From NCBI GenBank assembly GCA_965219685.1, contig CBDCOH010000002.1, forward strand, positions 32,001 to 96,000: DNA of 64,000 bases. The letters run 5' to 3'. The notes beneath the pieces were generated by a model. It was not told the origin of the DNA, did not search any database, and saw nothing but the letters and a program-made list of their open reading frames with translations. This DNA comes from Candidatus Spongiisociaceae bacterium (lineage in GTDB: Bacteria > Actinomycetota > Acidimicrobiia > Spongiisociales > Spongiisociaceae). This document shows positions 58,643 through 64,000 of the stretch, one piece after another (position 1 is the first letter of the stretch; every line of letters starts with the position of its first letter). The position numbers and the translations under genes were made by a program.

Positions 58643-60840
58643 TGGCCCAAGACCCGACTGTGTCAACTCGGATCCTGGTTACCGTCGGCGAGATCGCCAA
58701 CATTGCCGGGGTCAGACCGTCCGCGGTGTCGAACTGGAAGCGTCGCCACGCAAACTTCCCCGTGGAGATCGAGGAAGGCCTCTACGACCGATCTGAAGTG
58801 GTCGCTTGGCTTGAGAGGGCTGGGAAGAACGTAAACCTCCCGGACCAAGACCCGGTCAAATCGTTGCTCCGGGAGGCAACGGACGCGGTACGCGGTGTCT
58901 TGCGCGTCGACGAGATACCCGAAGTACTACTTCAGTTGTTCTCAGTACGCGCAGCCGCATCGGGCGGGTTCGAGCGCCTTCTTCCGCTAGCGGGCGCATG
59001 GGAGAGACTTGAGAGCGCAGCCGCAGACGATCCCGGCTCGGTATATCGGTCCATCGTTGAGTCTCTCGATGTTTCGGATCCGGAACTCGCTAAGGCGCTG
59101 CGGCCCTCCCCCGTCGTTGACCGCTTCGAGCCCTCCCACTGGGCACGACTGGTCCGCGCTCTGGGCCAACGTGACCCGCATTCGACTAACTGGGCTCACG
59201 CCTCGACCGGTCTTGTAGAGAGGTTCGTCGAACGGGCTAGCGCGAGGGGCGGTCACCACTCGAGCGGGTCGAGCCTTGTCGACATCATGGCAGCCTTGCT
59301 CGAACCCATCGAGGGAACCGTTTACGACCCGGCATGCGGAACAGCAGTGTTCCTCGCGTCGGTATGGAAGGACCACTCCGACACGATCACCCACCTGTAC
59401 GGTCAGGAGATCAACCAACAGAGTTGGAGGCTCGGGTTCCTCCACCTTCTGCTCCAAGACGCACCCTTTGAGATCCTGACCGGTGACACCATGGTGGATG
59501 ACCGGTTCTGGCAGCTCCGATCCGACCGCGTCGCGGTAGAACCACCGTTCGGTCACCGTCTCCGCTCAATCGAGCAGATGGAGGGCGACCCTAGATGGTC
59601 TCTGGGTCTCCCCCCGAAGCCCCGCGCGGACCTAGCGTGGGTCCAACACGTTGCCTATCACTTGTCCGACTCCGGTGTAGGTGTAGTCATCGTCCCACCC
59701 GGCGCGCTGCTCCGTACCGGCCGATCCGAAGTCACAATCAGAAAAGGACTCGTCGAAGCCGACCACCTGGACGCGGTTCTGTACCTGCCGCCCGGTATGC
59801 TGGCAGCCACCTCGGTTCCGGCTGCGGTCCTCGTGCTCCAAAAACACCGGAAGAACCGGACGGGGCGTGTCCTCTTCCTAGACGCTCGCCAACTCGGCAA
59901 ACCCGAACGAGGGGGAGTCCGTAGATTCGAACCCGCCGAAATCGGCCGGATCGGCCAGACCCTCCAGCGGTGGCGTGACGGATCGTTGGAACCGGAAACC
60001 CGGTTCACCGCCGAAGCCACCACCGGCCAGATACTCGCCAACAACAGTGTGCTCACCCCCAATCTCTATATCTCATACGCGGAGACAGTCAAAGAAATAG
60101 ACGGCGAACCGATCCCCTCCCGGCACGAGCGCCTCACCCACACGGTCAAGGACCGGCTAGCGGCCCTCCCCAGGATCGAAGCCGCTACTCAACGGCAACT
60201 CTCGTCGATATACACCTTCAAGGACCCAGGTTTCGCGTACCGGCGTCTAGGAGAACTACTCGACGCTGAGCCGTTGCCCGGGACCAGGCAGCGGCAAGAC
60301 GGCGAAGGTGACCCCACCCCATACGTCACGACTGGAATGGTCACCCACAACGGGCCCGTACTCCGCGATCTCCCCACGGACCGAACGTTTGGTGAAGTCA
60401 GCGACCGGGTTGCCCGAAACGGCGACGTGCTCCTGATGACACGTGGTATAGAGCGATACACATCGGTGCCGTGTGCCACCGTCAAATTCGATGTACCTGC
60501 CGCGTTCTCCAACTCGCTCATCCGGCTCCGAGTCGACCAAAGCCGCCTGGACCCCGACTATCTGCGCATGTACCTGACATCAAGACGCGGGAGCGCAGCT
60601 CTCATCGCGGCCGCAACCGGCAGTGTCATCAGCAACCTACGACGAGACGCCCTCCAAGAAGTGGAAATCCACCTGCCAGACATCGCAACACAAAAGGCCG
60701 TAGCCGCCGGAATAGCAGCCATCGAAACCCACATGGCCAAAGTAGAAGACGCACTCACAGCCCTGAGCGACCTCCACGACACGACACGCGAAGGCCTCAT
60801 AGCCGGCATCCTCGGAATAGGAAACCGCCATGCACCGTAG
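58639..60840 (+). CDS. N-6 DNA methylase: HTH + HsdM-like catalytic domain + HsdS-like TRD fusion
   Basis: EIANIAGVRPSAVSNWKRRH, VYDPACGTA, YGQEIN, EPPF, LFLDA, C-terminal GDVLL...LPDIATQ. Confidence 0.87.
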   Translation: MMAQDPTVSTRILVTVGEIANIAGVRPSAVSNWKRRHANFPVEIEEGLYDRSEVVAWLERAGKNVNLPDQDPVKSLLREATDAVRGVLRVDEIPEVLLQLFSVRAAASGGFERLLPLAGAWERLESAAADDPGSVYRSIVESLDVSDPELAKALRPSPVVDRFEPSHWARLVRALGQRDPHSTNWAHASTGLVERFVERASARGGHHSSGSSLVDIMAALLEPIEGTVYDPACGTAVFLASVWKDHSDTITHLYGQEINQQSWRLGFLHLLLQDAPFEILTGDTMVDDRFWQLRSDRVAVEPPFGHRLRSIEQMEGDPRWSLGLPPKPRADLAWVQHVAYHLSDSGVGVVIVPPGALLRTGRSEVTIRKGLVEADHLDAVLYLPPGMLAATSVPAAVLVLQKHRKNRTGRVLFLDARQLGKPERGGVRRFEPAEIGRIGQTLQRWRDGSLEPETRFTAEATTGQILANNSVLTPNLYISYAETVKEIDGEPIPSRHERLTHTVKDRLAALPRIEAATQRQLSSIYTFKDPGFAYRRLGELLDAEPLPGTRQRQDGEGDPTPYVTTGMVTHNGPVLRDLPTDRTFGEVSDRVARNGDVLLMTRGIERYTSVPCATVKFDVPAAFSNSLIRLRVDQSRLDPDYLRMYLTSRRGSAALIAAATGSVISNLRRDALQEVEIHLPDIATQKAVAAGIAAIETHMAKVEDALTALSDLHDTTREGLIAGILGIGNRHAP

Positions 60841-60963
60841 AACACCGGGCCTACCCCCGACGGCCAGGCCACCCCAAGCCGGCTCCGTCAGCGCCCACAG
60901 GATTCACCTACCACCCCCGCTACACCCCCCAAGGTGTTTCCTACACGGATTGGGCCACCAGCG

Positions 60964-61608
60964 ATGACAACTGAGTTGATCGCGTTCCTCGACGAATCCC
61001 GCAAGCCGACACGAAACCCCGCAACCGGACGAGTGGATAGCCGCGGACTCAGACACTACGTTGTTGCCGCGGCGGCGGTCATCGATGGAGACATCCCCGA
61101 CATTCGTCGCCAACTCCGCCGGATCGAGGACAGGCTCGGCTACCCGCTGCACTATCGGAACCTGAGCACAGCTCGCCGGGTACAGACCCTCGAAGCGATA
61201 GACCACATCGACGGATGGGACGGCTACCTGTACGAGACGGCCCGAGCTCTACCCGACGCCAACTACAACGAACACCATGTCCGGGCCAAACTAGTTGCCG
61301 AAGCCCTGACCCACCTGAGTTCCCAAGGCGTCGTGGAAGCAGTACTCGAGACGCGAGCAGGTACCAACTGGCGGTTTCTCCCTCTTGACGACAAGGATCA
61401 CGATGTGGTGCGCCGCCTTCAGCAGCAGGAAACCATCCCCGACAGTTTCCGGATCCACCATGGCGACAAAACCGAGGCCATCCTGCAGATAGCGGACCTA
61501 CTCGCCGGGGCACGCTCCGACTGGCTCTGTGGCGTCAACCGAGAAAACTATGCCCGGATCGGCCACCGCGTCCACACGACACGCGCCGTCTTCGACAAAC
61601 GGCCCTAA
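60964..61608 (+). CDS. DUF3800-like RNase H-fold protein
   Basis: N-terminal AFLDES, YVVAA, LHY, C-terminal LQIADLLAGA. Confidence 0.7.
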   Translation: MTTELIAFLDESRKPTRNPATGRVDSRGLRHYVVAAAAVIDGDIPDIRRQLRRIEDRLGYPLHYRNLSTARRVQTLEAIDHIDGWDGYLYETARALPDANYNEHHVRAKLVAEALTHLSSQGVVEAVLETRAGTNWRFLPLDDKDHDVVRRLQQQETIPDSFRIHHGDKTEAILQIADLLAGARSDWLCGVNRENYARIGHRVHTTRAVFDKRP

Positions 61609-61720
61609 ACGCGCAGAGGCCCCGGGACTGCGATCCGCAGCCGCTTCCGGGGCGTACTTCCAGTGAGGGCCCCGAAGCTGCATCAGCGGGTTCAGGGATA
61701 AGTCACCGGCCGCTTCCATC
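61609..61720 (+). ncRNA. Candidate structured RNA directly 3' of the DUF3800-like gene
   Basis: Stem GCCCCGGGA/TTCCGGGGC enclosing CTGCG-ATC-CGCAG; GTACTT linker; second domain CCAGTGA/TCACCGG with inner hairpins. Confidence 0.5.
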
Positions 61721-62262
61721 ATCGCAGATCGGACAGAAAACGCAAACGATACGGCATGCTTGACAGTCCTTACCTCCAGAACCCGCCCATGGAGCCCTCT
61801 TCAGGCCAAAACGGTCAGGACCTCGCCCCCTCCCGACTCGTCAAAGAGAAGAACCGCCTCGAACCACCCGCAACGGCCGTCGACCTCCCGATTCGGAGCC
61901 CTGGCAGTTGTTGGCCTGCCTGAGCGCGGGCAGTATCCTGGCGGATCATCGGCGACAGAACGGACGGGCTCACACCGGCGGCGGCCACCCCGCTGGGTGG
62001 TGTGACCTTGCAGGAAGAGCGTCGGAGATCGCCGCATACCGCCAACAGCGGACATGGCGGAGTTCGGCGGTGAGGGTTCCGCAGATCCTTCGAGGGCCGG
62101 TTCGGCGGGCATAGCCCGACCCTAGCCAGCCCAAGCTAACTCCCATAGCAGCTCGCTGAAGGGACATCGGGCGCGCTCGCCGACAATGTGGGACGTACAG
62201 AGGGACACCGACACGCAGCTGACGCCCGACATAGCCGATTACCTCGCTGTTCACCACCTCGG

Positions 62263-62315
62263 GCAGCGGACTACCGCTCCGTTGGTTGCAGGTTCGAGTC
62301 CTGCCGGGCCCACCA
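62263..62315 (+). repeat. attR: duplicated 3' part of tRNA-Ile2 ending in ACCA
   Basis: Matches 57263-57313 except 5 nt of the anticodon loop. Confidence 0.88.
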
Positions 62316-62443
62316 CGGGGTCTTCGCGGGTTAGGTCTGTTCGGGTTCGCGGGTTAGGGCTTGCAGGGGCGGCAGGTGAACTGGTGGTGTACCACGCCCG
62401 GCGGTTGTAAGGGCATCAGCGGTTGTCGGTCGGAAACCGGCTT

Positions 62444-62698
62444 CTAGAGAGCTGTGATCTTTGCCATTCGGCCTGTAGGCACACCGTTGGATATCGCCGG
62501 GATCCAGAAATGGTCGGGCAGGGTCGGGTCGGTGCGAACGATGCGGCCGCCTTCGAATGCGTAACCGTCGGGTAGCTGGCTGATCAGGTAGTCGCGGCCC
62601 CTCGCGAAGACATGGTCGTATGCGCCTGCGTCCGCTGCGTCGGACTCGCGGATCAGCCGAGCGTCGCGCTCTTCGCGGGTCTCAGTGCGGGTTACCAT
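62444..62698 (-). CDS. Small hypothetical protein (84 aa), probably leaderless
   Basis: MVTRTETREERDARL...; divergent paralog next door; TTGACG-N17-CAATGT-N7-ATG. Confidence 0.6.
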   Translation of the reverse strand: MVTRTETREERDARLIRESDAADAGAYDHVFARGRDYLISQLPDGYAFEGGRIVRTDPTLPDHFWIPAISNGVPTGRMAKITAL

Positions 62699-62705
62699 CC
62701 TGCTC

Positions 62706-62773
62706 ACATTGCCACCGTCAGGATCGGTCGTCAAAAACGGCACCTTGACATCTGCATGTAGCGGCGGCACGGT
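62706..62773. promoter_or_regulatory. Back-to-back leaderless sigma70-type promoters
   Basis: Plus: TTGACA(62745)-N17-CACGGT-N7-ATG(62781). Minus: TTGACG(62734)-N17-CAATGT-N7-ATG(62698). Confidence 0.55.
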
Positions 62774-62780
62774 GGGGCCG

Positions 62781-63048
62781 ATGGCAACACTAGACACAGC
62801 CGAAGAGACCTAGGAGGAGATAGAAGCGCGGCTGGCCGAGGACGCCGTGGCCGCAGAAGCGGGCGCCCACGACCACATCTTCGAACCAATGTATGGCGAA
62901 CTGTTCCGCGAGATGCCGGACGGTTACATAATCGTGGAAGGCAGCTTCTTCCGCACCGACCCTTCCCGACCATTTCTATCTCATGGGAGCAACCGGCCAG
63001 CAGCTGAACGCTGTAGCGGCCTATCCACCCCCACCCGCCTTCCGGTAG
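62781..63048 (+). pseudogene. Degraded paralog of 62444-62698
   Basis: In-frame TAG at 62811 and an apparent 5-nt deletion near 62960; aligns residue by residue with its neighbour. Confidence 0.65.
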
Positions 63049-63199
63049 CGCTGTCGCATAGGCCCCGACGGGTCCGTCCCGCATCGGCCAGACCCACGCA
63101 CGACCATGCAGCAGGTAGCTACCGCGCACTTCTCGGCCGGTGAGAGGAGGAGACAGATTCCGGCTGCGGAGGAGACAGACCCGCGGAACCCCTACCATC

Positions 63200-63711
63200 A
63201 CCCCTGGTCGCGGGTGGTTGAGGGGTGGGGTTGATGCGGCTGGTGGGGTGGTGTCGGAGGGTGGTGGACCGTCTGTGGTGGGGTTCCGGTTCTTGCGTCG
63301 GCGGGTTCGTCGGGTCTGTTTGAGGTTGTGGATGACGGCTGCCACGAGAACCGCGAGAGTGTGCACGGCGAGTCCGATTCCGAACATATGGCAGGATCCT
63401 GGGTCGAGGCTGCCGTCGTCTTTGATCATGCCGTTGACGCCTTCGACGGGGTTGCGGCCTGCGTAGTGCGTTGGACCTTGCCGTTGGGTTTCAGAACGAT
63501 GCCGGGGGGTATGTCGCCGGCGTCGATGTCGGTCTGATGTTCGTATTGGAGCGTGCGCGCCCAGGTTTCGTAGCCGGTCGGGCCGATGGTGATCTCGGTG
63601 ACGCTGCGGGCGACCCAGTTGGGGATCGAGGGTGCCAGGAGACGGTCGACCATTCCATTGGACGCCGAAGCGCTGGGTGTTCGAGACCCGCAAGACCCTG
63701 GCCATGCTCAC
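63200..63711 (-). pseudogene. Internally deleted DDE transposase relic (IS4/IS5 superfamily-like)
   Basis: YAGRNPVEGVNGMIK fits Y-2-R-3-E-6-K at 63421-63465, followed by ...AAVIHNL; upstream segment is in another frame. Confidence 0.55.
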
Positions 63712-63738
63712 CCGCTAGCCTTCTAAACTCTCCCCGAC

Positions 63739-64000
63739 ATGCGATTCCGCCACCGGCTACCCCGGAATTCCCTAGCAGTCCTCGCGGTCGTCGCCGTTCT
63801 GGCTGTGGGATCGGTGGCGTGTGGTTCCGACGAGGAAACGTCCTCCGGTATCACCCAGACCGGAGTCACCACAGCCACGGATCCCTCCACCGACACAACG
63901 GCCGGGCCCCGACCCGACCCGGTCGAAGACACCACTACCACGACCGGCGCGGCCGATCCGACCGCGCAGGACCGGCCGGCCTACGTCAACCATGTGGAAG
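63739..64000 (+). CDS. Lipoprotein (runs off the right edge)
   Basis: MRFRHRLPRNSLAVLAVVAVLAVGSVAC lipobox followed by a T/D/P-rich linker. Confidence 0.7.
   Translation, partial: MRFRHRLPRNSLAVLAVVAVLAVGSVACGSDEETSSGITQTGVTTATDPSTDTTAGPRPDPVEDTTTTTGAADPTAQDRPAYVNHVE

Larger units (their letters stand above)
57278..62315. mobile_element. 5-kb genomic islet integrated at the tRNA-Ile2 3' end
   Basis: 36-bp direct repeat 57278-57313 = 62278-62313; recombinase relic and defence-type cargo inside. Confidence 0.85.

Noticed and set aside
61730-62240. Short ORFs between the candidate RNA and attR
   Set aside because: No motifs or convincing starts; probably decayed sequence.
57281-62281. Exactly 5,000-bp spacing of the att repeats
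   Set aside because: Round number treated as coincidence; the copies differ and intervening genes are coherent, so a duplication artefact is unlikely.
62240-62315. attR copy as a functional tRNA with anticodon ACC
   Set aside because: The 5' acceptor strand and D-loop are not conserved; only a partial cloverleaf forms.

Overview
GC-rich bacterial chromosome segment, probably from an Actinomycetota (Acidimicrobiia-like) organism; the taxon is inferred from F420-related genes (cofC, an LLM-class oxidoreductase) and leaderless promoters. Most of the window is catabolic and transport clusters (hydantoinase, SDRs, DapA- and RraA-type aldolases, P450, TPP-dependent E1 alpha/beta, NitT/TauT and sugar ABC transporters), plus a frameshifted katG. 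There are two accessory regions. (1) A defence island at about 20.2-33.4 kb carries a SIR2-APAZ/short Argonaute pair and, divergently, a radC - UvrD/nuclease - Type III mod - res - vapC operon. The Res subunit ends in a tail that looks like a VapB/Phd antitoxin C-terminus and overlaps an otherwise orphan, catalytically intact VapC. This possible toxin-guarded restriction enzyme is the best candidate for an undescribed system. (2) A 5 kb islet integrated at tRNA-Ile2(CAU) carries a broken recombinase, an NYN RNase, an HTH-HsdM-HsdS fusion and a DUF3800-like gene with a structured 3' RNA. It is followed by a head-to-head paralog pair and a transposase relic. Heptamer tandem arrays recur across the window, usually supply the stop codon of the adjacent gene, and often form inward-facing pairs. 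All assignments come from motif recognition by eye; no database searches were run.
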